Positions 30,747 to 40,870 of a stretch of DNA of 64,000 nt are shown in pieces. The translations under genes and the position numbers were made by a program. Each line of letters begins with the position of its first letter. The first letter of the stretch is position 1. Under the pieces are notes generated by a model. It had not been told where the DNA came from. It saw only the letters and a list, made by a program, of their open reading frames with translations, and ran no database searches. This stretch comes from Gammaproteobacteria bacterium (lineage in GTDB: Bacteria; Pseudomonadota; Gammaproteobacteria; GCA-002705445; GCA-002716945): positions 320,001 to 384,000 of the forward strand of contig JAYQJW010000002.1 of NCBI GenBank assembly GCA_038142325.1, read 5' to 3'.

Positions 30747-31517
30747 TTAACCTATGAATAATTTTGTGCCTAGGTAAGCTAATATCAGGAAAATTAATCC
30801 ACCAATAGTCATGTTTGCTGCAGTAATATCATTTAATCCATATACTGATCTTCTAAAGAGCAAATAAGAATAAGTAACCCATGCAATTAATGAAAAAATA
30901 ATTTTTTGAATATTTTCAGAATCTACTGTATCTGTCATGTAAGGCATTCCTGTGAGAAGAGAAAGTGTGAGGAGAACAAAACCTCCGATAAGTAACCTAA
31001 GCATAATTTTACCCATTTCTTCGATTGATGGATAGGAATTGAGCAATGTTGAGTGATGAATTTTCTTAATATTTTTAATTTGATATCTTAATAAAAAAGC
31101 TTGGAATCCTGCAAGAAAAAGAAAACCGTATGATGATAGGGAAAATATTATATGTATATATAAACTTTTCTCCACATTAGTTCCATCATTAGGTAAGTCA
31201 AACAAGATAAATGTTAGTAGTGATAAAAAAATTATCGGATTAAGTATAAGCCCAATATAGTCCACAGGTTGATAATAATTAAGTACTACGTAAAAGAGGT
31301 TAATTATAAAAAGTATGATAAATAGTGAGCTGACGAAACTAAAAATATTGAAAGGATATGCTAAGTTGAACACAAATAAAGTAAATAAAAATAATCCTAT
31401 CATTCTAAGGTAGACGATAGTATTAGGTATTTTACAATCTCTTCCTTTGTAGAGATTTAGTAAGCACAAAGACATGGCTAAATAGATAATTCCTAAAATA
31501 TGAGGCAAGTAGGGCAT
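30747..31517 (-). CDS. Cytochrome c assembly family membrane protein (YpjD-like)
   Basis: Multi-TM, HIIFSL..Y, PSIEEM, KIIFSLIAW, LAYLGTK; adjacent to yfjD. Confidence 0.8.
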   Translation of the reverse strand: MPYLPHILGIIYLAMSLCLLNLYKGRDCKIPNTIVYLRMIGLFLFTLFVFNLAYPFNIFSFVSSLFIILFIINLFYVVLNYYQPVDYIGLILNPIIFLSLLTFILFDLPNDGTNVEKSLYIHIIFSLSSYGFLFLAGFQAFLLRYQIKNIKKIHHSTLLNSYPSIEEMGKIMLRLLIGGFVLLTLSLLTGMPYMTDTVDSENIQKIIFSLIAWVTYSYLLFRRSVYGLNDITAANMTIGGLIFLILAYLGTKLFIG

Positions 31518-31692
31518 TATTATTAATTGCTAAATGCTAGATTATAAGCTTCATATATGATTTCACAGTCCATCTGAGTAGATTATATCTAAATTTATCC
31601 TTTATTAGATTAATATTTTGAGATTTTTAACCAAAAAGTATGAGTTTTTTATTTGTGGTGATATAATCACATGATTCTAAATTGAGGTATAA

Positions 31693-32237
31693 ATGGTTAG
31701 AGTAAGACTATCAAGAGGCGGCGGTAAGAAAAGACCTTACTATCATATTGTTGTTGTTGATCAAAGGTCCAGAAGGGATGGAAAGTGCTTAGAGAGAATT
31801 GGTAGCTATGACCCTAATCTAGACACTGAGAAAAGGATTACCCTTAAACAAGATAGACTCGAGCACTGGGTTAATCTAGGAGCTCAAATGTCAGACAGAG
31901 TAAGGTTACTGCAAAAATAGTCTTTAGATCCAAAAAATATAGAGAACAGGCAAAAAATCAAAGCCTCTCTTTTAGAAAAAAATAAAGCTAAAAAGCTAAA
32001 AGCTAAAAAGCTAAGGAAGCTGAGGCTGCTCCCGCAGACGAAGAAAAAGCTGAGGCTGCTCCCGCAGACGAAGAAAAAGCTGAGGCTGCTCCCGCAGACG
32101 AAGAAAAAGCTGAGGCTGCTCCCGCAGACGAAGAAAAAGCTGAGGCTGCTCCCGCAGACGAAGAAAAAGCTGAGGCTGCTCCCGCAGACGAAGAAAAAGC
32201 TGAGGCTGCTCCCGCAGACGAAGAAAAAAAATCATAA
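31693..32237 (+). CDS. rpsP: 30S ribosomal protein S16, probably with long Lys/Ala/Glu-rich C-terminal extension (interrupted by TAG 31918-31920 and a frameshift near 32000)
   Basis: MVRVRLSRGGGKKRPYYHIVV.D.R..RDG; downstream frame gives (AEAAPADEEK)x7 ending at TAA 32235-32237. Confidence 0.9.
32017..32226 (+). repeat. Perfect 30-bp tandem repeat x7 (AAGCTGAGGCTGCTCCCGCAGACGAAGAAA)
   Basis: Core TGAGGCTGCTCCCGCAGACG seen at 32021, 32051, 32081, 32111, 32141, 32171 and 32201; no spacers. Confidence 0.97.
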
Positions 32238-32260
32238 CATAATTTCACAAGCACAAATTC

Positions 32261-32755
32261 ATGATAAGTGACAATACCATTGTTATTGGTAAAATTATTT
32301 CCACTCATGGTATAGATGGTTGGCTAGCTATTGAGTCTTACTCTTATCCTCGGGAAAATATAAAAACTTACAACACTTATTTGATTTTTAATGAAAAATA
32401 TTTACCTATCACTATTAATCATCTAAAAATAATGCCAAAAAAAATCATAATTAAATTAGAAGGTTATGACCACATATCTGATTCTGAAAAAATTTTAGGG
32501 AAAAAGATATATATCAAAAAATCTGATTTAAAATCACTCAAAGATGGTGAGTATTATTGGCATGACTTAGAAGGATTAGATATATATACAACAAGGGAAC
32601 ATCATCTTGGAAAAGTTGATTTTATTTTTAATAACGGATCAAATGATGTCATGGCAATCAAATGCGATAATGATTACATATACATCGCTTTAATAAAAAA
32701 AAATATAGTCGTAATTCCTAATGAGAAAATTATAATAAACCATGAAACAATTTAA
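32261..32755 (+). CDS. rimM: Ribosome maturation factor RimM
   Basis: IGKIISTHGIDG, GEYYWHDLEG, GSNDV; operon position. Confidence 0.93.
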   Translation: MISDNTIVIGKIISTHGIDGWLAIESYSYPRENIKTYNTYLIFNEKYLPITINHLKIMPKKIIIKLEGYDHISDSEKILGKKIYIKKSDLKSLKDGEYYWHDLEGLDIYTTREHHLGKVDFIFNNGSNDVMAIKCDNDYIYIALIKKNIVVIPNEKIIINHETI

Positions 32756-33482
32756 TATCCTAACTGTATATCCTGATTTCTTTGAGTCATTCAAGCATCA
32801 CGGTTTAATTAAAAAATCATTAAACAAAAGGCTAATTGATATCAATATCATTAACTTGAGAGATTTTACTGATGATAAACATAAAAGAGTAGATTTTAAG
32901 CCTTACGGAGGAGGTCCTGGAATGGTTATACAATATGCACCTGTAAAAAAAGCTCTTGAATCTCTCAATCCTTCTAAAATATATCTTCTATCTCCTCAAG
33001 GTAAGCATTTAAATCAAAATAAGTTGAACAAGTTGTCGAAAGATGATGCTGTAACTTTAATATGCGGAAGATATGAGGGAGTAGACGAGAGAATCATCAG
33101 TAACTTAATTGATGAGGAAATTTCATTGGGAGATTTTGTTCTATCTGGCGGTGAACTCCCTGCATCAATAATTATTGAGGGTTTAACTCGACTCATCCCA
33201 GGTGCAGCGGATAATATTGATTCGGTAAAAGACGATTCTTTTTATAATTACCTTCTAGATTATCCGCATTATACAAAACCAATAGAAATTGATGGGATGT
33301 CTGTTCCTGAGGTTTTAGTTTCAGGTAATCATGATGAAATAAAAAAATGGAGAAGAAAGCAAGCTTTAGGTGCAACTCAGTTAAAGCGTCCTGATCTTTT
33401 AAAAAACGTGAATCTTTCAAAAGAAGATGATAGACTACTGCAAGAATTCATTGTCGAGCACAAAGAGAGCCAAAATGAGTAA
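32742..33482 (+). CDS. trmD: tRNA (guanine37-N1)-methyltransferase
   Basis: [34 protein letters not shown]. Confidence 0.97.
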   Translation: MKQFNILTVYPDFFESFKHHGLIKKSLNKRLIDINIINLRDFTDDKHKRVDFKPYGGGPGMVIQYAPVKKALESLNPSKIYLLSPQGKHLNQNKLNKLSKDDAVTLICGRYEGVDERIISNLIDEEISLGDFVLSGGELPASIIIEGLTRLIPGAADNIDSVKDDSFYNYLLDYPHYTKPIEIDGMSVPEVLVSGNHDEIKKWRRKQALGATQLKRPDLLKNVNLSKEDDRLLQEFIVEHKESQNE

Positions 33483-33819
33483 AATCGTTGAAAATATTAC
33501 ATCAAAGCAGCTAAAAAATATGCCTAATTTCTCAAGTGGCGACACTGTGGTTGTTTCTGTGAGGGTTAAAGAAGGTAAAAGAGAGAGAATCCAAGCATTT
33601 GAAGGTGTAGTCATTTCCAAAAAAAACAAAGGAATCAGCTCTTCATTCACTGTTAGAAAAATATCTTATGGCGAGGGCGTGGAAAGAGTTTTCCAAACAC
33701 ACAGTCCTCTAATAGAAAGTGTAAAAGTAAAACGATTTGGAGATGTTAGGAGAGCAAAACTTTATTATCTAAGAGACCGTTCAGGTAAATCTGCTAGAAT
33801 TAAGGAAAAAATCTCATAA
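33475..33819 (+). CDS. rplS: 50S ribosomal protein L19
   Basis: [35 protein letters not shown]. Confidence 0.97.
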   Translation: MSKIVENITSKQLKNMPNFSSGDTVVVSVRVKEGKRERIQAFEGVVISKKNKGISSSFTVRKISYGEGVERVFQTHSPLIESVKVKRFGDVRRAKLYYLRDRSGKSARIKEKIS

Positions 33820-33828
33820 ACTTTTAAA

Positions 33829-34284
33829 TTGAATCAAGTCTTCATAGGTCTAGGAAGTAACCGCCATCATCCACTTTTTAGAATTCATTGTGCACTAAAG
33901 CAATTAAATAGAATTCAGAAAACCAAATTGGTTAGAAAGTCTAGTTTATATGAGACTGTCCCTTTAGGACCAAAATTCCAACCTAATTACATTAATGCTG
34001 TAGCTGAGCTTAAAACTTTACTCAGTCCGGAAGATCTTTTAAAGGAATTACAGCATCTTGAAAAACTTCACAACAGAAAAAAAACTAAAAAATGGGGCCC
34101 TAGGAGTTTAGACTTAGATATACTTATTTATGATGACATAATTATGAATACTGAGAATCTTATAATACCGCACCCAGGTGTAGAGTATAGAGAATTTGTT
34201 TTAATACCATTGTTTGAAATTACACATTATGATTATCGTATACCAAAATATGGAAAAATTTCCAAGTTAATAAAAAATATATGA
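33829..34284 (+). CDS. folK: 2-amino-4-hydroxy-6-hydroxymethyldihydropteridine diphosphokinase
   Basis: IGLGSN, SSLYET, WGPRSLDLDIL, IPHP. Confidence 0.95.
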   Translation: MNQVFIGLGSNRHHPLFRIHCALKQLNRIQKTKLVRKSSLYETVPLGPKFQPNYINAVAELKTLLSPEDLLKELQHLEKLHNRKKTKKWGPRSLDLDILIYDDIIMNTENLIIPHPGVEYREFVLIPLFEITHYDYRIPKYGKISKLIKNI

Positions 34285-34907
34285 TTAGTAATAAAAAATA
34301 TATTGCAGTAGAAGGAGCAATTGGTGTGGGTAAAACTACCTTAGTCAAAAAATCTCTAATTCTATTAAGTGCGATACAATGTTCGAGGATTATGCAGACA
34401 ATCCCTTTTCTTAAAACTTTTTATGATTCTAATTCTCATAATTCTTTTTCTACACAATTATATTTTCTTTTAAAGAGATTGGAACAATCAAAATTATTCA
34501 AAAATAATACGAATTTAATAGTTTCTGATTTTTATTTTGGCAAAGATGATTTGTTTGCAAAGCTTAACTTAAATGAAATTGAGTATAATATGTATACTGA
34601 AATAAGAGAGAAATTAAATTTTAATCCACCAACACCAGACTTGATTATATATCTTCAAGCTCCAACTGATATTCTCATTGATAGAATAAAAAAAAGGAAC
34701 CTTTCTTTTGAGACTAAAATGAAAAAAAAATATATTGAGTCCGTCAATAATATCTATATGAAACATTTTCATGAATATAAATTATCTCCTATATTAATAA
34801 TCAACACATCAAGCGTAAACATATACAATGAAAATGATTTTCAAATATTAATCAAAGAAATATCTTCTGATATAAATGGGAAAAAATATTTTAATCCTGC
34901 ATCATAA
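34281..34907 (+). CDS. Deoxynucleoside kinase (contains compensating -1/+1 indels at about 34350-34410)
   Basis: IAVEGAIGVGKTT, TQLYFL, PDLIIYLQA; alternate frame restores FEDYADNPFL. Confidence 0.9.
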   Translation: MISNKKYIAVEGAIGVGKTTLVKKSLILLSAIQCSRIMQTIPFLKTFYDSNSHNSFSTQLYFLLKRLEQSKLFKNNTNLIVSDFYFGKDDLFAKLNLNEIEYNMYTEIREKLNFNPPTPDLIIYLQAPTDILIDRIKKRNLSFETKMKKKYIESVNNIYMKHFHEYKLSPILIINTSSVNIYNENDFQILIKEISSDINGKKYFNPAS

Positions 34908-34912
34908 TAAGT

Positions 34913-35659
34913 ATGAATAAAATTCACAGATTGCTTAAGAGCTATCATAATGGTAAAAAAATATCATGCATTACAGGATATGATGCAAGTATAGCTAAGT
35001 ATCTTGAGGGATCACAAGTTGATATTGTTCTAGTAGGTGATTCATTAGGGCAAGTTATTAAAGGAGAGAAATCTACTCATAATGTCTCATTAGATGAGAT
35101 TATTTACCATACAAGTTGCGTTAGATCTGGTCTCACTGACACACTACTAATGTCAGATCTTCCAAAGAATTCATATACTACAAAAGCTCAAGCATATAAA
35201 AATTCAAAAAAACTATTATCTAAAAACCTTGCAGATATAGTTAAACTAGAAATAGACACGAATAATTTAGAGATAGCAAAATATCTTATAGACAAAAAGA
35301 TTCCAATCTGTGCCCATATTGGTCTTCTACCACAATCTATCTCCAGAAAATCAGGATATAGAAAATATGGTAAAACCAAAAAATGAAGCAACTAAATTGT
35401 TCAATCTTGCTATGGCACTTGATCAGATGGGAGCGATTATTATATTGCTTGAGTGTATTGAAAATAAACTTTCAAAAAAATAACTCTGAACACCAATTCT
35501 CCTGTCATTGGAATAGGATCTGGACAAGCTTTGGATGGACAGGTTGCAGTGATATATGATTTACTTGGAATAAGTTTCAATAGTATTGATCAATTTACTT
35601 CAAGGAATACAAAATCTATCGATCGTCAAATTCTGAAGTTTAAAAAAACACTAAGATAA
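34913..35659 (+). CDS. panB: 3-methyl-2-oxobutanoate hydroxymethyltransferase; two frameshifts (about 35380 and 35480)
   Basis: ITGYDAS, LVGDSLG, AHIGLLPQS; shifted frames give LLECI and IGIGSG...DGQV. Confidence 0.93.
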
Positions 35660-36486
35660 TGATTGTCCTAACAGATAAAAAAGATTTATTAGTGGCAATT
35701 GATGAGCTTAAGCGAAGCGAAAAAAAAATTACTCTCATACCTACTATGGGAAACCTTCATGAAGGTCATAAAACATTAATTAGATATGCACCCATAGATA
35801 CATTTAAAGTTGCCACTATCTATGTTAATCCATTACAGTTTAATGATAGAGATGATTATATAAACTATCCAAAATCAACTGAAAGCGATATTAACTTATG
35901 TAAAGAGTTAAATATTGACTTAGTGTACGCTCCTGAGCTAGATATAACGACTGAGATTGATATAGAAAATAGAATAGATTTACCAAAATTTTCAGGTTAT
36001 TTGTGTGGCGCTACAAGGAAGGGGCACTTTCAAGGTGTATATACAATAGTTAAACATCTGTTTTCTCTCATCGAACCCGATTACGCATGTTTTGGCAAAA
36101 AGGATTTCCAGCAGCTGGTATTAATTAAATATATTGCATCAACATATTTTCAGAACCTAAAAATTATTGAAGTAGATACTGTTAGAGTTAACAATATTGC
36201 ATTAAGCTCAAGATTGAGTCGACTAGATGAAAAAACCATATGTGATGGTCAAATTATATTTAAAAGTCTTCTAAAAATAAGAGAACAATTACTTAAAGGG
36301 GATAAGTTTTCTGAAATAAAATACTCATACATTGATGAGATAGAAAAACTAGATTTCAATGTGGAATATCTTGAACATAGAAATAACGATACATTGGAGA
36401 CAGCAGAGAATCATTTGAGTAACACATCTATATTTATCGCATGCAACGTTAAGAATGTTAGACTAATTGATAATATACAAATATAA
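35659..36486 (+). CDS. panC: Pantoate--beta-alanine ligase
   Basis: PTMGNLHEGH, VNPLQF, FGKKDFQQ, RLIDN. Confidence 0.96.
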   Translation: MIVLTDKKDLLVAIDELKRSEKKITLIPTMGNLHEGHKTLIRYAPIDTFKVATIYVNPLQFNDRDDYINYPKSTESDINLCKELNIDLVYAPELDITTEIDIENRIDLPKFSGYLCGATRKGHFQGVYTIVKHLFSLIEPDYACFGKKDFQQLVLIKYIASTYFQNLKIIEVDTVRVNNIALSSRLSRLDEKTICDGQIIFKSLLKIREQLLKGDKFSEIKYSYIDEIEKLDFNVEYLEHRNNDTLETAENHLSNTSIFIACNVKNVRLIDNIQI

Positions 36487-36516
36487 TTTAGCCTATAAAA
36501 ATAGTAACATGTAAAT

Positions 36517-36894
36517 ATGAAAAGAAGTTTTTTAAATTCTAAAATCCACAAAGCTACAATTACTGGCTCAGATATTAATTATGAAGGCTCCTGTTTAATA
36601 GATATTTCTATTTTGAATGCGGCAAAGATATCTCCATTTGAAAAAATAGACATCTACAATATTACAAATGGCGAGAGGCTTTCAACTTATGCTATACCAG
36701 GACCTGCTGATTCAGGAGAAATATGCGCAAATGGCGCATGTTGTCATAAAATCAATGTTGCAGATGAAGTTATCATTTGCACTTATTGTGATTTGTCTGT
36801 TGAAGAAATAGACAATCACAGTCCTACTATTTTATGTTTAAATAGTAAAAATGAAATTGTGGAAAAAAATAGTCAAAAAATCAAACTGGCATGA
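36517..36894 (+). CDS. panD: Aspartate 1-decarboxylase
   Basis: SKIHKAT, YEGS cleavage site, NGERLSTY, NGA. Confidence 0.95.
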   Translation: MKRSFLNSKIHKATITGSDINYEGSCLIDISILNAAKISPFEKIDIYNITNGERLSTYAIPGPADSGEICANGACCHKINVADEVIICTYCDLSVEEIDNHSPTILCLNSKNEIVEKNSQKIKLA

Positions 36895-36902
36895 TTCATG
36901 CA
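36887..36902 (+). promoter_or_regulatory. Putative sigma54 (RpoN) -24/-12 promoter TGGCATGATTCATGCA upstream of the cupin gene
   Basis: GG at 36888-9 and GC at 36900-1 separated by exactly 10 nt; AAGGAG RBS downstream. Confidence 0.6.
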
Positions 36903-36948
36903 ATATAAATAACACACAAGGACTACAATTCTTTTCAAGGAGTTATGA

Positions 36949-37278
36949 ATGAATAAATACAATATAAATGATATTGGTGGAGTAGTTGCTAAAGAAGATG
37001 AAAGATATAAAGTATGTGATAACTCAGAATTGAATAATCTTGTACTTAGTAGTACTGATTTGAACCCAAACATGAGCACCTCAGGTCATAAACATCCAGG
37101 CCAAGAAGAGATCTATTTTTTTATAAAAGGTAGCGGAGAAATGGAGATAAATGATAAAAAATTTCCAGTTTCAAAAGGGGATACGGTTCTCATTAAAGAT
37201 GGAGATTTTCATAGGGTCCATGCTGGCAATGACGGATGCTACTTTGTTTGTGTCTTTGATGGCAAGAGAAGTCACTAG
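36949..37278 (+). CDS. Cupin domain protein
   Basis: GHKHPGQEEIYFFIKGSG and GD.VLI..GDFHRV metal-binding cupin motifs. Confidence 0.88.
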   Translation: MNKYNINDIGGVVAKEDERYKVCDNSELNNLVLSSTDLNPNMSTSGHKHPGQEEIYFFIKGSGEMEINDKKFPVSKGDTVLIKDGDFHRVHAGNDGCYFVCVFDGKRSH

Positions 37279-38351
37279 AGAATTTCTAATATTTTTTCAA
37301 TATTATAATCCATTTTATTCTTATCATCACAAACATGTGTAATGTGTCCTAATTTTCTATTCTCTCGTTCCGTTTTATGATAATCATGTACATGGATATT
37401 AAACTCTTTACAAATTTTGTTTATTTTATCGTTACTTGGGAATTTAGATAGAATATTAAACATAACTGAATTTTTAAAATTTATATTTGATTCAAAAGAT
37501 TCTCCAGTTATGGCATTAACATGAGCTAGGAACTGACTTAGACTCGATCCCTCAATCGTCCAATGACCTGAATTATGAACTCTCGGTGCCATTTCATTTG
37601 CTAACAACTGATTAGCTTTAACAAAAAATTCAATTACTAAAACTCCAATATATTTCATGGATTCAAGTAACTTAGCTCCAATAATTTCTGCATCAGATTG
37701 AAGGTGAGTGTATTTACTCGGAAACCTGCTGACACTAAGAATACCATTTTTATGAGTATTCTCAATTAGAGGAAAATACATCACACTTTCATCAACAGAT
37801 TTTACACATATTAGTGAAACTTCAGCATCAAAGTTTACAACTTCTTCTAGTATGCATTCTTGACTGATTAAATCTGTCATGATTTCTGTGTTAGGTTTTA
37901 TGCGATATTGATTTTTACCATCATAACCAAATCGCCGTGATTTGAGTATATAACTTTTATTCTGTTGTATGTGTTTAGTTAAATCATCCAGGCTGTTTAC
38001 CTCAGAAAAATTTGTAGTTTTTATATCAAGTTTTTTGAAAAGATTTTTTTCTTTGAGTCTATCTTGACATATTTCTAGAGCATTAGGACAAGGGCGAACA
38101 GGAATATATTTTTCAATTTCCCTCATTGACTCAACACACACATTTTCAAAATCAATTGTAGCTATGTCGCAATGTTTAGAAACTTTCGCTAGCGTATTTT
38201 TATCGTTATATTCACTTTGTATATGTTGGGCATAATTACTTGCAGGTGGATTATCGCTTGGATCGATAACTAAAAAATCATGTTTTTTTTCTTTGTCTGA
38301 CTGAATCATCATCATTGCGAGTTGACCAGCACCAAAAATAGCAATCTTCAT
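37275..38351 (-). CDS. purK: N5-carboxyaminoimidazole ribonucleotide synthase
   Basis: GAGQLA.M, GYDGK.Q, NEMAPRVHNSGHWT, RKLGH. Confidence 0.96.
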   Translation of the reverse strand: MKIAIFGAGQLAMMMIQSDKEKKHDFLVIDPSDNPPASNYAQHIQSEYNDKNTLAKVSKHCDIATIDFENVCVESMREIEKYIPVRPCPNALEICQDRLKEKNLFKKLDIKTTNFSEVNSLDDLTKHIQQNKSYILKSRRFGYDGKNQYRIKPNTEIMTDLISQECILEEVVNFDAEVSLICVKSVDESVMYFPLIENTHKNGILSVSRFPSKYTHLQSDAEIIGAKLLESMKYIGVLVIEFFVKANQLLANEMAPRVHNSGHWTIEGSSLSQFLAHVNAITGESFESNINFKNSVMFNILSKFPSNDKINKICKEFNIHVHDYHKTERENRKLGHITHVCDDKNKMDYNIEKILEIL

Positions 38352-38845
38352 TAGAGAATTTTTGTAGTTTTCAAGACACGTTTAGTTTGTTTTTTTCTGT
38401 AATCTAATATCTTTTTATTTATTTGAGGATATTTTATTCCAAGTATAGAAGCAGCTAACAGACCAGCATTGATAGAGCCTGCTTTACCTATTGCAACTGT
38501 TGCAACCGGTATTCCTGCTGGCATTTGAACAATCGATAAAAGTGAATCTTTACCCTCTAGCGACTTTGTCTTCACTGGAACACCAATGACAGGTAAATGT
38601 GTTTTAGCAGCAGTCATGCCAGGTAGGTGGGCAGCTCCGCCAGCACCAGCTATAATAACTTCTAAGCCTCTATCACACGCACTCTCCGCATAGTCATATA
38701 AAAGATCGGGCGTTCTATGAGCCGACACAACCCTTTTTTCATGTTTAATTGATAGATTTGTAAGAATATCAGAGGCATGTTTCATAATAGGCCAATCAGA
38801 TTGTGATCCCATTATTATACCGACAAGTATTTGTGATCTTTTCAT
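38351..38845 (-). CDS. purE: N5-CAIR mutase
   Basis: [31 protein letters not shown]. Confidence 0.97.
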   Translation of the reverse strand: MKRSQILVGIIMGSQSDWPIMKHASDILTNLSIKHEKRVVSAHRTPDLLYDYAESACDRGLEVIIAGAGGAAHLPGMTAAKTHLPVIGVPVKTKSLEGKDSLLSIVQMPAGIPVATVAIGKAGSINAGLLAASILGIKYPQINKKILDYRKKQTKRVLKTTKIL

Positions 38846-38940
38846 TTAAAAAAAATAATTGTAACAGCTATATCAAGAACATAACAATACTTTTGTTGGT
38901 ATTATTATAATTATCCTAAAAGTATTGTATTATTCAAATT

Positions 38941-39879
38941 ATGATTATTGTTACTGGTGGTGCTGGTTTTATCGGCGCAAATCTTGTTAGATCACTTCTT
39001 GAAATAAATAAAGAAATATTAGTTGTTGAGGAATTAAATCGATATGAAAAGAAATTTAGTAATATCGAAAATTTAGAAATATTAGATTGTATAGGACACG
39101 ATGTTTTTCTTAAGAATCTAAACAATGGAAAATACAACAATAAAATCGAACACATCTTTCACTTAGGAGCTTGTTCAAAAACTACTGAGCCGGATAGAGA
39201 TTATGTAATGGAGATGAATCTTAATTATTCGAAAAATATTCTTGAACATTCCTCCAATAATAATATTAATCTTGTCTATGCATCTTCGGCATCCGTGTAT
39301 GGTGAAGGCAATACTTTTGTAGAAAATCCTGAAAATGAATCATCATTGAATCACTACTCTGAATCTAAGCTTTTGTTTGATAATTATGTGAGAACAAATT
39401 TTAATAAAATAAATTCTCAAGTTGTTGGCCTAAGATATTTCAATGTCTATGGACCATATGAACAGCATAAAGAAGTTATGAGCAGTGTGATATATCACTT
39501 TTCAAATCAACATAAATCACAAGGCATGTTAAAACTTTTTAGAGGGAGTCACGGATATGCTGATGGCGAGCAAAGAAGAGATTTTGTGTACGTCAAAGAT
39601 ACTGTCGATATAAAAATTTGGTTTTTACATAATCAAAAATCTGGCATATTCAACGTGGGTACTGGAAAAAGTAGATCATTTAATGATGTAGCTAATGCTG
39701 TGATTGATTTCTATGAATCAGGTCATATAGAATATATCGATTTTCCAGATGGCCTTGAGAAACAGTATCAAGCATTCACAGAAGCTGATATGACTAACCT
39801 GAAAACTATAGGATACACAAAAGACGCAACAGAGTTGGAAGAAGGTGTAAAACAGTATCTATCTTTTCTGAACAGGTAG
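38941..39879 (+). CDS. hldD: ADP-L-glycero-D-manno-heptose 6-epimerase
   Basis: TGGAGFIG, HLGACS.TTE, YASSASVYG, LRYFNVYGP, YQAFTEAD. Confidence 0.95.
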   Translation: MIIVTGGAGFIGANLVRSLLEINKEILVVEELNRYEKKFSNIENLEILDCIGHDVFLKNLNNGKYNNKIEHIFHLGACSKTTEPDRDYVMEMNLNYSKNILEHSSNNNINLVYASSASVYGEGNTFVENPENESSLNHYSESKLLFDNYVRTNFNKINSQVVGLRYFNVYGPYEQHKEVMSSVIYHFSNQHKSQGMLKLFRGSHGYADGEQRRDFVYVKDTVDIKIWFLHNQKSGIFNVGTGKSRSFNDVANAVIDFYESGHIEYIDFPDGLEKQYQAFTEADMTNLKTIGYTKDATELEEGVKQYLSFLNR

Positions 39880-39883
39880 TTAT

Positions 39884-40870
39884 ATGAACAAAAACAGAAT
39901 TCTAGTGATAGCGCCAGCTTGGTTAGGTGATCTTGTTATTAGCTTATCTTTCTTAAAAGCTCTTAAGAGAAAATTTGTAAATCATGAAATCGATTTAATG
40001 GTAAATGAGAATCTTTATGAGGTTACAAAATATTTTCCAGATATATCAAAAATAATTCCTGTAAAAATTAAACATGGAAAATTATCTTTCTTTTATCGAA
40101 TAAGATTGGGCATGCAACTTAGAAATAACCATTATGCTAAATGTTACATACTGCCAAACAGTATTAAGTCTTCATTGATACCATTTATAGCGAAGATCAA
40201 GGAAAGAATAGGTTACATGCGTGAGTTTAGATATGGTTTAATTAATCGAATAATAGAACCTGTTGATCGTGAAGAAGGTATGGTAAATCGATACCTTAAT
40301 CTTTTGGGTTCCCAGTACGATGAGAGTTTGATACCAAGAATAAATTACAATAATGACAAAAAGATTGTTAATAAAACTTATTCTGCCGATAAAGAGTATA
40401 TTGTATTTTGTCCTGATGCTGAATATGGTCCAGCTAAAAGATGGCCAATTAATAAATGGATTGAATTAGCCAATAAGATAAATAATCAATATCAAATAAT
40501 TTTTATTGGTTTAGATCAATCAATAGAAACAAGTTTGGAATCAATCAAAACTGATTACATTAATTTAATTAATAAAACCTCACTGAATGATATTTTAAAT
40601 ATCTTAAGTAATGCTAGTTGTGTTATTGCTAACGATTCTGGCTTAATGCATTTAGCAGCGGCTCTTGATAAACCAGTCGTAGGAATTTTTGGTTCAACAT
40701 CACCTAAATATACACCGCCTCTTACAGATGAATATAAAAAATCTATCATTTATAAAAATTTAAGCTGCAGTCCATGCTTCAAGCGAGAATGTCCATTGGA
40801 ACATCTAAATTGTTTAAATGATATTTCATCTGATCACATAAGAGATGAAATATTTAAATTAATCAAGTAA
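39884..40870 (+). CDS. waaF: LPS heptosyltransferase II
   Basis: APAWLGD, LPNSIKS, AEYGPAKRWP, NDSGLMHLAAA, CSPCFKRECP. Confidence 0.92.
   Translation: MNKNRILVIAPAWLGDLVISLSFLKALKRKFVNHEIDLMVNENLYEVTKYFPDISKIIPVKIKHGKLSFFYRIRLGMQLRNNHYAKCYILPNSIKSSLIPFIAKIKERIGYMREFRYGLINRIIEPVDREEGMVNRYLNLLGSQYDESLIPRINYNNDKKIVNKTYSADKEYIVFCPDAEYGPAKRWPINKWIELANKINNQYQIIFIGLDQSIETSLESIKTDYINLINKTSLNDILNILSNASCVIANDSGLMHLAAALDKPVVGIFGSTSPKYTPPLTDEYKKSIIYKNLSCSPCFKRECPLEHLNCLNDISSDHIRDEIFKLIK

Noticed and set aside
32017-32226. 30-bp repeats as a CRISPR array
   Set aside because: The units are contiguous with no spacers, the length is a multiple of 3 encoding AEAAPADEEK, and there are no cas genes.
32003-32308. 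Minus-strand ORFs with SSSAGAASAF or LRLREQPQLF repeats
   Set aside because: Antisense shadows of the rpsP tail repeat.
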